NCBI GenBank assembly: GCA_038496445.1
Contig: JALMLS010000159.1
Coordinates: 53,084-117,083, forward strand
Direction: 5' to 3'
Length of the DNA: 64,000 bases
Origin: Trichosphaerium sp. ATCC 40318
Lineage: Eukaryota > Protista > Tubulinea
Shown: positions 12,223-26,222 of the stretch, piece after piece
Layout of the letters: each line of letters begins with the position of its first letter
Position numbering within the stretch: the stretch's first letter is position 1
Position numbers and translations under genes: made by a program
The notes under the pieces: model-generated
The model's input: the letters and a program-made list of their open reading frames with translations, nothing else
What the model was told of the DNA's origin: nothing
Databases searched by the model: none

Positions 12223-12973
12223 TTAAGTCTTAGGTTGTCCATTTTCATACCACTTTTTGCATTCACCTCGTTTACCTTTAACAAACACAGCCTGTATCTT
12301 GTGTTGCCCATTTTTATACCACTGATCAAATTCACCATCTAGTTTATCATCAACATAATTACTTAGCGTGTGGGGTTGTCCATTTGCATGGTAACCCTTA
12401 GCTTCACCATTTCGTTTGTCATCAATCCACATAAACTGTAATTGGAGTTGCCCGTTTTCATACCAGAACTTGTTCACCGTTTTGTTTATCATCAACAAAA
12501 GTGATAAGCATCCTAAGCTTCCCGTTTTTATAGTAACTCTTAGATTCACCTTGTTTTTTACCATCAACCCTCATATCTTGTGACATGAGTTGTCCACTTT
12601 CATACCACTCTTTTGATTCACCATTTTTTTTACCACCAACATACATGGTCTGCATCTTGAGTTGTCCGTTTTTGTACCACTCTTTGTATTCACCATTTCG
12701 TTTACCACCAACAATCATATATTGCATCTGAATTTGGCTGGTTTCATACCATCCTGTACTTAAACCATTCTTTACATAGTCGTGAAGTTGTACTTTGCCA
12801 TTTTTGTACCATTTGATCCATTTTCCTTTCTTTTCTAGTGCTTCATCAAAATGTGTATTGATTGCTGCTCTCTTTGATAGTGTATGGAATTTTGAAAATG
12901 CTTCAACATTGAAAGAGCAAATGTACTGTTGAATCTCACAAGGGAGATCCAACACACTCAAAGAATGTGACAT
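12223..12973 (-). pseudogene. Intronless F-box-like + MORN-variant repeat gene, frameshifted
   Basis: LDLPCEIQQYIC N-terminus; repeats of G..NGE.K.WY.NGQL; frame break near 12470 joins ORFs 12458-12973 and 12223-12567 (could be an assembly indel). Confidence 0.8.
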
Positions 12974-13533
12974 TTAAGAACTACAAACCAAATATCAGTA
13001 ATAGCCTTTCAAAAACAATCTATTAAAAAAATTGCTTAGAATATCAAAGTGACCGTTAGAAGCTTGTGTTGCCTAAATTAAATTTGTTTGGATGAAAACA
13101 ATAAAGTTTGTAATTGTATCACGTTATAAATAAGTTCAACTAATAAGTATACAGCTCGTTAGACAACAAATTGAAAGAACAACAACAGCTAGCAAAAAGT
13201 CAACCGCGTTATGTACCTCGTAACCGGGTTGGCTAATTGAGACGTGTAGAAAACCAAAAGATTGGCTGTTGCGTGAAGGTAAGAGAACACTATTTTTTAT
13301 AACGTTTGGTCACAAAAAGTCAATCAATATTCCTTTGGAAGGCAAATGAAACACAAAACTTTTGAAACAAGTACATAGTCTGTTGATCTTTAACTAGTAT
13401 TAAATATGTTCATCGCTATGTTGTTCATAAAACAAACTTGTCACCCCCTTACAACTGACAAAAGCAGAAAGAAATCACGTGCCAATTTTGTAGTAATTTC
13501 TAAGCTTTTTTTTTTATTGGTACATTAAATAAG

Positions 13534-15334
13534 TCAAAGTTCTGTATGTGGCATAGTAGTCGATATTTCCATTGACGATGGTTTTAAAGAAGCTGTAGAT
13601 TTAGTACTTGCTTTCTTTGGTTTCGTTGGTGCTTGGAATGAATACACCTTTGTACGAGTAAGAATAAACACAAAAAGCTGCAGGTTTTTTTCGTACTTGT
13701 AGAATTGATAGTGCCATTTGAAGAGCGTATAATATCCCTGTAGCCACAGTAGTATGAATTACAGCATCCTTTTCCGGAGGAGGGATAGCTAGTACTATAA
13801 TACATATGACAAGCAGTGACAAAAGTAGAGTATTGGCAATAATCCGAATACGAATCTAAAAAAAATTTGAGTTTTGAATAAAAAAACCAGGTTTCTTTCA
13901 CCTTTTTTGTTGTTTTAGAAGATGACAAACGTTCGTCCCTTGTACCTTTACAAATCTTCGTGTACACCTAGATGCAGAAGGAACTTAGCTTAAATTGTAC
14001 ACGTATCACGTGCCTGGTAGAGGATATAAGTGCTGTATATCAAGGTTCCCAAATTAGTAATTAAGTTAAGTGCATGAGGAAGCAATGTTATAATGCGTGG
14101 AGAGTCGTTACTGGATAGTCGTATTATAGATGATATGAGTTCAAAACCAACCAATACAGTGAATAAAACAATAAAAAGCGCTCTAAACAGCTTTGTATGT
14201 AAGAACTTATGAATAACTACTCCCTTGTAAACAAGCGCTTCGTGCCTAGAAGAGACTTAGTGTTATTGAACAAAATCACGTGCAAGGCCTTACCAAAACA
14301 TTGTTATCATAACGTTCGTTATAGTAGTGAAAGGTGTGCTGAGGGTCAGGAAGAAATCATCCGCTTTGTAATGGTATAAACGACGCGAGCCCATAAGGTT
14401 CACAATACTTACGATTTTCACTAGATATAAACAATCGTAAGTAATTGTGACTTGCTTGCAGTTTTTGACGCACGTGAATTGGCGAATAATTCTATAGATA
14501 TTGCAATAATCGCTAGAGATACTATGCAGACTCCTTTTGAGTAGTGTTGGTAGAGCCTAAGAGCTGTTACGTTTTTTTAACAAAGTTGAATAAAAATGGC
14601 AAAATGTTACCTCACAACGCATAGTGTAATGGCGCTCAAACAAAGTACTGTTAAGAATAACTGAAAGACCACATGCCAACCGCTTGTAAAGTACTCATAG
14701 CATCTATTTTCGCCTTAATCTACGCGTTAAAACAAGCTGTCTTCGCGTTAAAACCCAGGGTTTTTATTCGTACCGAGTGTTATTGTGATACTAACTCTCT
14801 CGTTTGTTCTCAACGTTGGGACTTCATCAGAGTCTACTTCAATCACTGGTACACTCAAACCGACGAGTGCACGTTCTAGAATAAAAAAAATTAACGGCAA
14901 ATTGTATGGTTACATAAAATTGTAGAAAAAAGCGTAATCACGTGATTTGGAGGGTAAATAACTCACCATAAAAAAAATACATTGAACATCCCATGCTTAA
15001 ATAACTGGTTGACCACGCGATTACAACAACATTGTAGTCTTTACTGGCTTGTAATATCGCTCCACTGCTCAACTCCGATTCTAATATTAAGGTCGCGTCA
15101 CCTTTTTATTGATAACGTTAGCCAATATGTTAAAAATCAATTGCGTAACTTACCAGGTAATCCGCTTTTGTATCGAACTAGCGTAAAATTACCTGCAATT
15201 TTCGAAGCAGTTTCGTGTTCTTCCCACTGTGATGAACGTATTGTTGTTCCAATACTAGGTCCCGAAATAAAATGAACTGCGCCATTTGTATAAACGAATA
15301 AAATAAAAAAAATGAAAAGGGGGAGGGTGTGCAT
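13534..15334 (-). CDS. Signal peptide + extracellular domain + multi-pass (7TM/GPCR-like) membrane protein
   Basis: MHTLPLFIFFILFVYTNG signal; several hydrophobic exons at 13680-14720; Ser/Thr/Lys-rich tail ending PHTEL*. Confidence 0.6.
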
Positions 15335-16368
15335 CACGTGTTGAATAGAAATTTTGTTTGGTTTTTTTTTTTTTTCAATCTTCATGAAATTAAGACATGC
15401 ACATTTTCTGTAAACACATACCGCTTAACTCCGGATCAAAATTAGAGTATATTTAATGTTGTAGTACCTGCGTATATGTATTTTAAGGAAGCAGTATTTG
15501 TGACCTTTTACTACACGATGGCTTGTGAGTAACTTTGTTTTTTTTAACGGGTTCAAAGTCAATAGCAGCAACACTTGCGCGAAAGTAACTCAATGTGTAT
15601 TATCTCCGTTGCATGAAAGAAAACTTGCATGAGTCTCCACGAATTATGACCTTGCCCAATTATAACAACACACGTTTTTTGTTCAATCCAGCGATTTGTA
15701 GTTTTTCTAAAAGTCATTAACAATTGTAAATTTAACTTCAATGTACGCTATTGCCGAAGTTTGAGAGATACCTTTTTCGTCGTCTAATATTTAGGACTGC
15801 ATGTGGTTTGAACTCCAAAAGAAAAGAATAACAGGTGGAGTATGCAGTCAGATAGTCCTAAAATAGGCTATTCTATTTTTATGTCATAACTTACACAATT
15901 TCTACATGGCTTTTTCCAGAAGTAAATGTGCCATCTATCATAAGACGTGCTGAATAGCACCCTTGTGCATTATTACACTTTTCTATTCTTCTAACAGACT
16001 CTTTGGTCAGCTATTTGATTACGAAGATAAATGACCTGCAGGTAAGAAATTAGATGCTATTAAGTTTATTGACTCTTGGGATGCTCACCACTGTCTCTGC
16101 AATGACGTATTTTCGAAATATTGATTACATTGTATCCACAAACTCTCTTTTAGCGTCACAATGAAATCCAGCTCTTGTTTCGTAAACTGTGTTGTTTGTA
16201 CTTTTCCGCTTTCTTTTGCCGCCATTTACTAGAGCGTATTTGGTACCTTATATGAGTTCAGTACACAAGGCATTAATTCAAGTCGCAGAGTCAGGTGGGA
16301 AAGAAAGATACAGCAAGTTTAAGTCAGCCGTTGAGTTCAAAACTCACAGCATACAATAGACCGTAACG

Positions 16369-18590
16369 ATGCATTACTTCGTGATCTGCGCCTTGATTTT
16401 GTTTGGAGTGGCCTTGAGCGATTTTAGCGTAAATATACAGGTACCTTCAACCTTGATAGACGAGTCACCTCAAACAACACCAAATCCTTAGGATAAAATT
16501 ATTGCTACTTCCTCTGAATCTTATGTATCGTTTAACTTCGACTGGCACTTAAATACTGAGGAAACACCTGCTTGGGCACGTGATATGAAAAGTTTTTGCT
16601 GTAACGGTATCAGGCCTCTTATTTTTTCGTAAACCGCAGGTTAACTGCTCTATTCTTGTAATAGACCTTGATAGATTGTCAAAATTAGCGAAAGGGCTGT
16701 CACCAGGGTAACTGCAAAGCAAGAGAAAAAATTATTTCTTTATACTTTTCTGCACGTGACACACTAACAAAAAATTAGAAATCTGCGTATCGGAGGATCA
16801 GAAGAGGATGAAGCGGTTTATGATATAAATAATCCGCCAGATTGCGCAACAAGTAACTTTAAAAAAAGAACTTTTTTTTTGGTTTTGAATAAAAAATTCG
16901 TTGCCATTATCATCAGTTGGCTAACTTTGCTGTGTGATAAGGTAATTTTTGCTTGACCATGGCAAGATGGCATAAAATTGTAAACTGGGCCAAGGACGCT
17001 AATATACGTTTGGTATTTGGATTGAACGCCATGAGGTACTGTCAAAAAGACAATCTATCTTTTTTTTTGTTTAGTACTCCTAACATTTTCGAAGAGGAAG
17101 AAACAGCTCGAATGGCATGACATGGGATCACACTAATGTATACGACTTTCTAAAGGTATACAATAACGTCTGGAGGTATTATCACGTGATAACTAACCTT
17201 TCCTTCTAGTACACCGCTGACAACAAGCTGGAAGTGTACGGATTTGAGTTTGGAAATGAATTGGAGCACAAAGTCGATGTCAAGGTACATCAAGCCTTCA
17301 TATCTCAAGATCATATCTCTGTTTTCAATATACGCTTATAGATTATGGCCAACGATTACTTAAAAGTTCGTGAGTTTATCAACGAATTATGGCCTGATGT
17401 ATCATCACGACCAAAGCTTATCGGACCTGACGAAAACTTGGATGTTTCGTATCTTGACACTTTCTTACCAGTATGACCGACTCCCAACATCCAATCAGGG
17501 CTTATACACTTAATTTTTATTATAGATAGCTGGAAAAGCTATTGATATATTGACATGGCACTGTTATATTGGGTATGGTCTGGACAAGGATTTATCTAAA
17601 AAAATAATAACGCCTACTTTTTTAAACAAATCACACGAACAAGGCAATGTACGTGTTCTCTTCAACACTGAATGTATCTTACTTCTAAGATAGGAAATAT
17701 TGACTACAGTGATGAAGTATTCACCTCATGTTGAAATATGGGTTGGCACGTGTAGTTTTTCAAGCAGTATTCTTTTCTTCGTTTTTTCTGATTGTTTCTT
17801 AAGGCGAGACTGCAGCTGCTTGGCATAGTGGTCAAGATAAAACAACTAATGCTTTTATCTCTGGTTTCTGGTATATTGATCAATTGGGGACTCTTGCTCA
17901 GCTCCAGCATAAGGGTTTTTGTCGTCAAACTCTGGTATGTTTTCATGTTGTTTACAAGTTTAAAATTGCGATTTGTTTCATAACTAAGAACTTGGTTGTC
18001 GCATAATATTATCGCTCGTTCTCCTACTTATTATTATTTAAATAGATGGGTGGTTACTACGAGCTTGTAGATAAACATACGTTTGAACCTAATCCAGATT
18101 ATTGGACAGCATTACTTTGGACAAGATTAATGTCTTCAAAAGTCTTATCAATTCAAAGCTCTGATGCCAATACCCTCAGAAGCTATGCGCACTGTACCAA
18201 AGATGTCAAAGGTGCTGTTACGTTAGCTCTTATAAACCTGAGCACTGAGGAGATATCTGTGAATCTGGATGGACTCACTTCATTCTCTGGCAAACAAGAA
18301 CAGTACATGTTAACAGCTACTGACTTGCGTGGCTCTGAAATCGATTTGAATGGTAAAAAACTTGAATTAGATTCTTCAGGAGATATACCAAGTATAAATC
18401 CTGCTAAGATTACAAGCAAAACAATAACTCTGGGTGAGTATTTTATCAAATTTAGTTGCACAACTTTTTTCTTTTTCCTTCTTTTTTTTTTTTTTCTTCG
18501 AAGTTTGTTGAATATTTACTCATTATCAAAGGTGCACTGTCATATGGATATTTCGTGTTACTAGATTCTGGGTTGTCAGTTTGTAATTAA
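16369..18590 (+). CDS. Glycoside hydrolase family 79 (heparanase-like), secreted
   Basis: Signal MHYFVICALILFGVALS; LRIGGS; FEFGNE (acid/base); IWVGETAAAW (nucleophile); FCRQTL; PNPDYW; LRSYAHC; two GC-AG introns. Confidence 0.93.
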
Positions 18591-19397
18591 CAACAATAAA
18601 GCCCTTTGGACAAATGATATTACAAATGTACGGCGTTAAGTAGCTGTCATGTACATGTGCGTTGTCTTCCACACAAAAGTTGGTTTCTTTCATTGAACTG
18701 CAAGTTAAGTTTCTGCGATATTTCTGTTTAAACTTAATGTATAACCCTAAAAATACCTAAACCGCATGTAATTTGTAATGGAAAACGAAATAGAGGGTTT
18801 ACAAGCGATATTTGAGGTACACCAACGAACTTTTATACAAACGACTCAGTTATACGCGATTTGCTTAATTTTACGCTGTAGGACGCCATAGCGTACGAAA
18901 TAGAACAAAATGAATACAAAATACAATTAAAACTCTGCCCCGGCTTAGATTACACTAGTCAACCACTCGTAAGGCTCAATATTAGGTACTACATTAGAAA
19001 AACACTAGTTTCAAGCCAAAACCGTTTGAACAAACGTTAAAAAACTCTAAAATTAACTTAACTCACTCGTTTAATAGAATACCAGAGGAGTATCCTTCTA
19101 AGCTTCCTATAATCGATATTACCGATCTTACCAATCGCATACCTACTGACTTTATTGCACACCTTGATGGTAAACTGACAAGGGAGGTACGGGGTTTTTT
19201 TCTTATCATCTCTTTCAAAAAAAAGCGAAACCACAAAATGTTCACGTGATCCACGTTCAGATTGTGTTCGAAGTCAGAACTCTTTGTGTTAGACAATATT
19301 TCTTCTTCACTCTGAGATACGCTGATTACGTGAAGATGGCGCTGCTCGTTTGTTTTTGCCTAATAACCGTTTTACTAATTTTTGATTTCGAAAAAAG

Positions 19398-21210
19398 ATG
19401 TCGGAACTCATTGGCGAGGAGATGATATATGAACTTGCGGAGCTTGTAGGAGAAGAACTAACTTTCCTGGAAATCGAACTCGGTCTTGGTGAATATTTTC
19501 ATGTATTATCCAATGAGGTACGAACAAGATAGCATCATCAACCATGAAAAAAGAAAAAAAAGTTATTGGTTGCCTTTCTAAGGCTAGAGGTATAAAATAT
19601 TTTCCTCATCCTTTTCTTTGTACTGCAATGTATTACGTATAAGTGGAGAGTTTATGAGCACTTTGTTTGACGTTTTTTCACGCTGCATTAAACCAATGTT
19701 TGCTAACACTTTTTTTGTGATTAAAGATAATTGTAGATATTTTATTCAGAGTGCCGTTGACAAGTATCGCATCAGTAGTTTGTGCTTCAAAAGGCATGCA
19801 AGCGTTAGTAGATAATGAGGAGTTCTGGAAGAGTCTTTATAAAACAAAGGTTGGCCCTACTGAAGTAGTTAAAGGTTCAGCTCTGCACAGTTTCAAAGAA
19901 AAGTGTGGCTTAAAAGAAAACTTACATCCTTGGAATGGTGTTAGAGTTTACCCGTTTATGCTCGGTGTTTATGCTCCAGCACGTCTTGGATATACGTACA
20001 ACACTGATAATTGGTTCGATAGTTTCTCTTCACGTCTACAAGCCAAAGGTTTCACAACACACCGACGGAGCAAGAAGCAATTTATGAACGAAGTATGTCA
20101 TCATCTTTTCTTTGTTTACTTGACATTAACTTCCAAAAGGGTGTCATAGAGCAGAATGGACAAAATACAACTATTGCTAGATATTGTGTTTATTCACCAA
20201 GTGAATTCTTGACACATGGTTTTGAAATAGAACCACAACCTCAAACTGGAGGGGTTAGTTTGAGCTCTTTGGTTTTTTTTTTTCATTCGCTCATTTTTTT
20301 TTTTACTTCTAGGATTGTAAAGCAAACAAGTATTTCCGAGAAGTTGACTTAAAGTGTGACTTCACTCATGATTTCTTGGGTTATATTGGGTTTGATCCGT
20401 ACAGTACTCACTGGTATGGTGTCGCACACTTTGTTTTAAGAGTGTTTCTTTTTTTCATTTTTTTGTAGGCCTGAGAAAGTAGTTCATGCTTTGCTTGAAG
20501 AAAGCCGTGGTTTCTTATTAAAACGTTTGAAGCAAAATAAATATGACTTGGTAAGTAAGCTATTTCGTTATATACTCTTATTTCTTACTATGACTTTCAT
20601 CAGGTGCATGTTTGTTTAAGAAAAGAACAGGCTTTTTTGAGAGCACATTATAAAGGCAAAATATTGATTGTTTCACCTGATTACCGTCATGGAAACTGGA
20701 AGCATTTTCAACTATTGGTTCCTTTGGATAAACCTTCGCAATACACAAAAAGTATACTAAAGGAAGTATCGGGTATTATTGGTCAAGCCTCTGCAGTAAA
20801 ATCAGGTACAGTAAAAAAAAAAAACATTATCTTTATTTCCTATTTTTTTCTTACTTTTTTCTGCTTTTATAGTATCTGTATGGGCTTGGGTATGTGATCT
20901 TTCTCCTGTACATAAAATAGCAAACAAGGAAAATGTTACGATTAAGCCGAGACTTAACCCTGATTTACCTAAGGATAAAAAATCTGAAATGACAAAAAAA
21001 GAAGAAAGAATGAGCGAAACTTGTATGTAAAAGAACGTTAGAAAGTAACCCAAAACAATAACACTACCTTCATCTTGTTCTACATCATCTTTTGTACCAT
21101 TGTACATGAGGTGCAAGCAGTTATTCACTGAGCTAAACGAATCATCCTTTATACATCTTTTCCAAAGTAACCCTTTCATTAAACATCTTGTTTATGGTTG
21201 GTTCAGGTAG
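19398..21210 (+). CDS. F-box protein, C-terminal domain unknown (3' end uncertain)
   Basis: FHVLSNE|IIVDILFRVPLTSIASVVCASKGMQALVDNEEFWKSLY matches the F-box pattern; exons continue in frame to at least 21030. Confidence 0.65.
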
Positions 21211-21396
21211 TTTTTAAATAGCATACATTTCCCAATATCATATTGGCGTGGACATAAGTAAGACAATACAAACCGTTTATAAACTAAAAAAGAATCACAT
21301 GTATCAATGTAATTGAGATAAATAACCCACTTTCTTTAAACACATATTTATTAGTCGAGAATGTTTATTGAGTTCTTGACGTTTTAAACGCTTTGA

Positions 21397-24300
21397 TTAT
21401 TTTGGTACATCAAATTCTATACTCTGAAATAGTATTGTACTCGATAGTTTGGCTTTCTACGCAATGTGTTATTGTAGCAAAAAAAAAAGTGGTTTTTTCT
21501 ATCAAGCAGCAATCAAGATTTGTTTTACGTACTTTAACACCAAAGAAATTCTTTGGTAAAATATCAATACTCCAAGTGTTAGCTGTAGGAGAGAATCTGT
21601 ATGATCCGTCAACTGTAACACTTGGTTTAGTCTCTTTGTTGCAGTCATCTGTTGAACTGCTAAACAATGTCAAAAAAGGTTTTGCTTTGAAGAATTGTTA
21701 CCATTTGAGTGTTATACAAAAATTGGCATAAACTGAGTCAAGATACTCATGACGCTCTGGATCTAGACTGACTAAGGTTATGTGAACAAATGAAGCACCA
21801 TTTGTAAGTGTTTCAATAGTGAGCGTCCTATATAAATGTAAAGAAGTGAATTAAAATTGATCTGTTAGGCAAGTTTATACCATTTGTGTCCTAGCCACTG
21901 AAATGGGAATTCTCCCTTCCATACTTGATTTACGCAGTCATATAGGCCTATATGTACATCTACAGAGCTTTTCGGATACTGTAGTCCAACGAGAGACGTA
22001 TTTACAGCTAAGATTAGTTGTGTCAATATGAGTTTCAAGTAGCAAAAAAAAAGTACCTGAAAAAGGGTTACTGTTGTGCGGTATAGGAAGAACTTGATTT
22101 GAGTCTGGTACGCATATATTCAAATAATAGCTCTGAAGCGCGGCTAAGTAGAAGTTATAACCAGTTTGGTAGACGAGGAAAGAGTCAACATACAATCCAC
22201 GAACTTGGAAAATGTAATTGTTGGCAGCAACTTTGATACTTTTTGGACCCGCTTGTGAAGAGTTAACAGCATCAATTAAAACAATAAACGCACTCCAAGG
22301 TAATCTTCTTTTACTGGGTCAGACCCAATTGGATGCTTATAACCAGGGTCATAATCTCTTGGCGGTTGAGAAAAAAAGTTGTACATCTAGTAAAATGTTA
22401 AACATAGGAAGAAGAAAAACCAAAAGTTTGTTGTCAGAAGTCACAATCTCTGGCGTTATTGGAGCTGTAAAGTAATTGTATTAATTTAATAAAGGACTAA
22501 CTGTTTCGCTACTAGCCATAAAGTCTGATTGTTTCTCATAGAACTTTGTTAGGGTAGTTTTGCCAGATCTTTGATTGACTTTTTCAATAGAACAATATCC
22601 TTCTGTATCTTCTCCAACAGGTAAACGTATTCCACCCCATTGAGGGTCCCGATCTGTATGGACGCTACAAATTAGTTTAATAAGATCACGTGGCAAAGCT
22701 TTAGAGACATGTACCCTCCAATCCACTTTTGCCACCAACGATGGAACCCTTATTACAATGAGACAAAAAAAGTCTTACAGAAGCAGCACGCACAATGATA
22801 TCCATAAGGTACCGTAAACCCATCTTTTTTTGGGGTCCTTGTATCGTAACTATACATCATTATAGCTTTTGTCATTGCCATATAAGCTTGGATAACTCCG
22901 CTCATTGGGCTCTTACTGTCATTACCTAAAAAGAAGATTTAAGAAAAAAATCGGAAAAAAGGGATTAGTACTGTTAAGTCCATAAAGTTTGTGAAAGCGA
23001 AGATGAAGAGGTAGCATTGCTTTAAATCCTCTAAATGCATACTTTGCAATTCTTCTAACTTCAACTTTTCTCTCAACGCTCATTGCACCAGGAAGACAGT
23101 TTGTGTGGTAGCGATAGGACAAGAAAAACCTTTCGAAAAAAACCAATCAGTTTACTTTTGTTCTCCAATAGTGTTCTTACCTTGGAGTTCCAAAAACAGT
23201 GCTACCATCATAACCAACTAGGTCACGTTTAGAAGTAGTTACCAAAAAGAGTAAAAGCTTACCTGCAGTGCATCCTAGATCACTAGAAACTAGTATTTCT
23301 GATGGAGATGTGTAAGTGCTTAGGATTATTTGTATTGGCCTAAAAGGACTACAACTCAAAAGAGTTAGACAGCTTTCTGACACTTCAACATAAATCTCGG
23401 ATGGCCAATATTCTTGTATGCTCTTCACAATAGATTCTGCCTAATCACACTTAAGTAGGAACAACCAAATAACAGCGTTGATAATATTCTTGTACCTTCA
23501 TTTTTGCTTCTTCTTGTGTTAACCCATAGATATACATGTCAACATCACTATCCGGATATAACGCTTGTAAGGATTCCCAGTACTTTTGAGTTTCTTCAGA
23601 CCATTCTGGTAGGTATTTTTTTGAGGCGTCATATGTTCTATACAAAAAAGAGTGAACAGTTGAAAGGCATAAAAAAAAATTTCTCGGAACGTTTTACTGC
23701 TGACTTTTCATGCCAACGTGTTTCACAAAAATGTGCCAAAATAACGTACACCGGGTTTTGTCTGCGTAAGGTTATTTCTCTTTTAGTATCTAGTGTACGC
23801 AATGACATCAATACACTACCACCGAAGCATATTACGTTGTCCCAGTTGATATTAGAAAGCTGCTTATTTGTAACTACATCCCATTGATGTTTAAAATCAT
23901 CAATAGATTCTACGATAGTTGACTCTGAAAACACTTCCATAGGTTCTGCATCAGTTATCATGTACATCGACCTTATCTAATATGTAGATAAGTATCACCT
24001 GACAAAGCAATACAGTTGCAAACACAAAAGAAAGGACATCAAAAAACTCAATCAACACAAAGTCTCGCATGCTCTCCAACCTCAGACAACGTCATTGTCT
24101 AGGTACTTATCGCCTTGCGAAGAAACAACATATAGTACATGAACATGGAGACCATTACTGGTTAGAAATCATAAAAAGTCAATTCTGTCACGTGTAAAAT
24201 CCAAAAAAAACTGCTCGAAAAATAGTTTGCAAGTACCACTTGCACGTACCTCTGGAGGAATCTCAAGTGGCGTATTTAGAGTTTTGACATTTTCAAAGAC

Positions 24301-24816
24301 TGGTGTAAGCAAAGAAGAATCATTTTGTATCCAAGGATGATCAGCGTCATGCCAATACATGAATCTGTACATCTCTTCTTCGATGTCAATGCTTTTCAAA
24401 GCGAGTTAGGTTCTGTTCTACTAATGGCTTATAACCAAGCTTACCCGCGTAATATAACGCTAAATGGTACTTCTCCAGAGTCTAGAAGCTCCTCTGTGCC
24501 AATAATTTTCTTTATACCCGTATAGCAGCATTGAGACAGTACAGCGTGTTTTAGCTGCGTAGGCAAGGTCGAAAAGCGACTCAATACTAAAAACGTTAGC
24601 AACTATAGCGTAGAAACGTTCTTTAGACATTGTAGATGCTTATAAAGAGCGCGTACCACCACTAAGAATGTTTTTGTCTTCAAACGCGTTGACATTTATT
24701 ATATTGGCTATAATACGCGTACATAAATCCCTTAGCGTAGGGACGTTCGCTGAGGTGATAGGCGATACAAATGCTTTTAATTGGTCTGGTACGCTATAAT
24801 TGTTTTGCTCTGCCAT
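21397..24816 (-). CDS. Pol-beta-like nucleotidyltransferase-fold protein with N-terminal BC-box-like motif and C-terminal MATH-like domain
   Basis: NVICFGGSVL...SDVDMYIYGL; PFRPIQIILSTYTSPSEIL; VGYDG..V.GTPR; RRIAKYAFRGF; N-term PTLRDLCTRII; C-term VYANFCITL...YRFSPTANTWSI. Confidence 0.65.
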
Positions 24817-25255
24817 TGTGCTCGCTCGTACTCCTTTGTAGCTGCACGAAAGAGAATGCGGTTTCCAATAGCTTGAAAAATTTCCCTTCGTGGCTGTGGA
24901 AATTTCAGTTTTTTTCATTGGCGCTGTACTCAGCACGTAAGGCAGTAGTTACTACAGCATTTTACATTGCTTCAAACAAAAAAGAACAGCAAAAAAGATC
25001 GCAAAAGCAACAATTGAGTCACATGCACATAAGATCGCTTACAACTCATTCAACGCGAGGTAGTACTATCATTTTGACTTGACGAGAATCTGTCCTGAAA
25101 TATGTACCAAGCACGTGTTTAAGAAATATCCAACATTTTTTTCAGAACTTCTTTTCTTGCGGAGCAGTAAATTTTGTTAGGTACACTATTTATGAGTATT
25201 GTTACGCTTAAATTACGTATCCTAGGCATACACAAAGAGGTATCAATTACAGGAG

Positions 25256-25864
25256 TTGGGTTTTGGTTTGTTTTTTCAAAAAAACCATATAATGTATGAC
25301 GGTAATACACGTGAAAGCTTTTTATTTCGAAAAGAAAGAAAAAGAGATTTAGGATACGATAATTCTTCAAAAGAAGATTTTGCGAAATGTCCTCTTCTTT
25401 CTCTCCCGTTAAACATACAACATGTTATAAGAGAAACAGATATTGATATTGATATTCTATGGCCTCTTTTTTCAAGAAAGGCAGCTGTCACATCGAGGTA
25501 TGATGCCGAGATGGAAAAACATGGAAAATTTTTACAAAGATGGAGAAATTCTCAGCAACTCGCTAAATGTTGTTACTTTAAGAATGGTAAAATTGACGGA
25601 GAGTATAAGGAGTGGCATTTTAATGGCCAAATAAATGTACACTGTAATTATGTTCATGGAAAAAAACAAGGGAGTTACAAAGAATGGTATCTCGGAGGTC
25701 AGCTTAGATTACGTTGTTATTACAAGGATGATTTACGAGAAGGTGAATGTACTAAGTGGTTTTGTGAGGGTACTCTTGATACTCTTTGTTTTTATAAGAA
25801 TGGCAAACAAGAGAAGCCAAAAAACAAGAAGAAAAGTAAAGGAAAATGGTCAATAAAAAAATAA
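25256..25864 (+). CDS. Intronless F-box-like + MORN-variant repeat protein
   Basis: CPLLSLPLNIQHVI followed by repeats YFKNGKIDGEYKEWHFNGQ; start codon uncertain. Confidence 0.8.
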   Translation: MGFGLFFQKNHIMYDGNTRESFLFRKERKRDLGYDNSSKEDFAKCPLLSLPLNIQHVIRETDIDIDILWPLFSRKAAVTSRYDAEMEKHGKFLQRWRNSQQLAKCCYFKNGKIDGEYKEWHFNGQINVHCNYVHGKKQGSYKEWYLGGQLRLRCYYKDDLREGECTKWFCEGTLDTLCFYKNGKQEKPKNKKKSKGKWSIKK

Positions 25865-26050
25865 ATTGTATGTCAACCTTCCCACTCGGACTCCTTTTAG
25901 TTTCCCACTAATGAAGTAATGACTTTGCGAATGTATTTGAGAAACTACCACAACATCTCAACAGCGTAAGTCAAAGCTCTTGACTAATAACGCAGCAGAT
26001 TACCAAACACATATGTGGTTTTTATTAGTCGGACACTGACTAGGAGCACT

Positions 26051-26130
26051 AAACCGGTTAACCGTTTAGGTTTTGAAAGATTGGTTAATCTCACTTCCTT
26101 AACGACTATGATTCAGTGAAATATTGCGCT
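26051..26130 (+). repeat. Short dispersed repeat (partner 6406-6480, -)
   Basis: See 6406-6480; lies between two convergent genes. Confidence 0.65.
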
Positions 26131-26222
26131 GAACAGCGTTGACAAAAGGCAAACTGTTGCAAAAATCAGCTCAATAAAAACGAATTGTTACTCTTTATCT
26201 TCTACATCACGTGTGAATATTT

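Noticed and set aside
12223-12973. Bacterial YwqK antitoxin or contamination
   Set aside because: The repeat type is shared, but there is no toxin partner and the copies sit among spliced eukaryotic genes.
15560-16230. Possible small Myb-like minus-strand gene (MAAKESGK...FTKQELDFIVTLKE)
   Set aside because: Similarity is weak and downstream exons hit stops.
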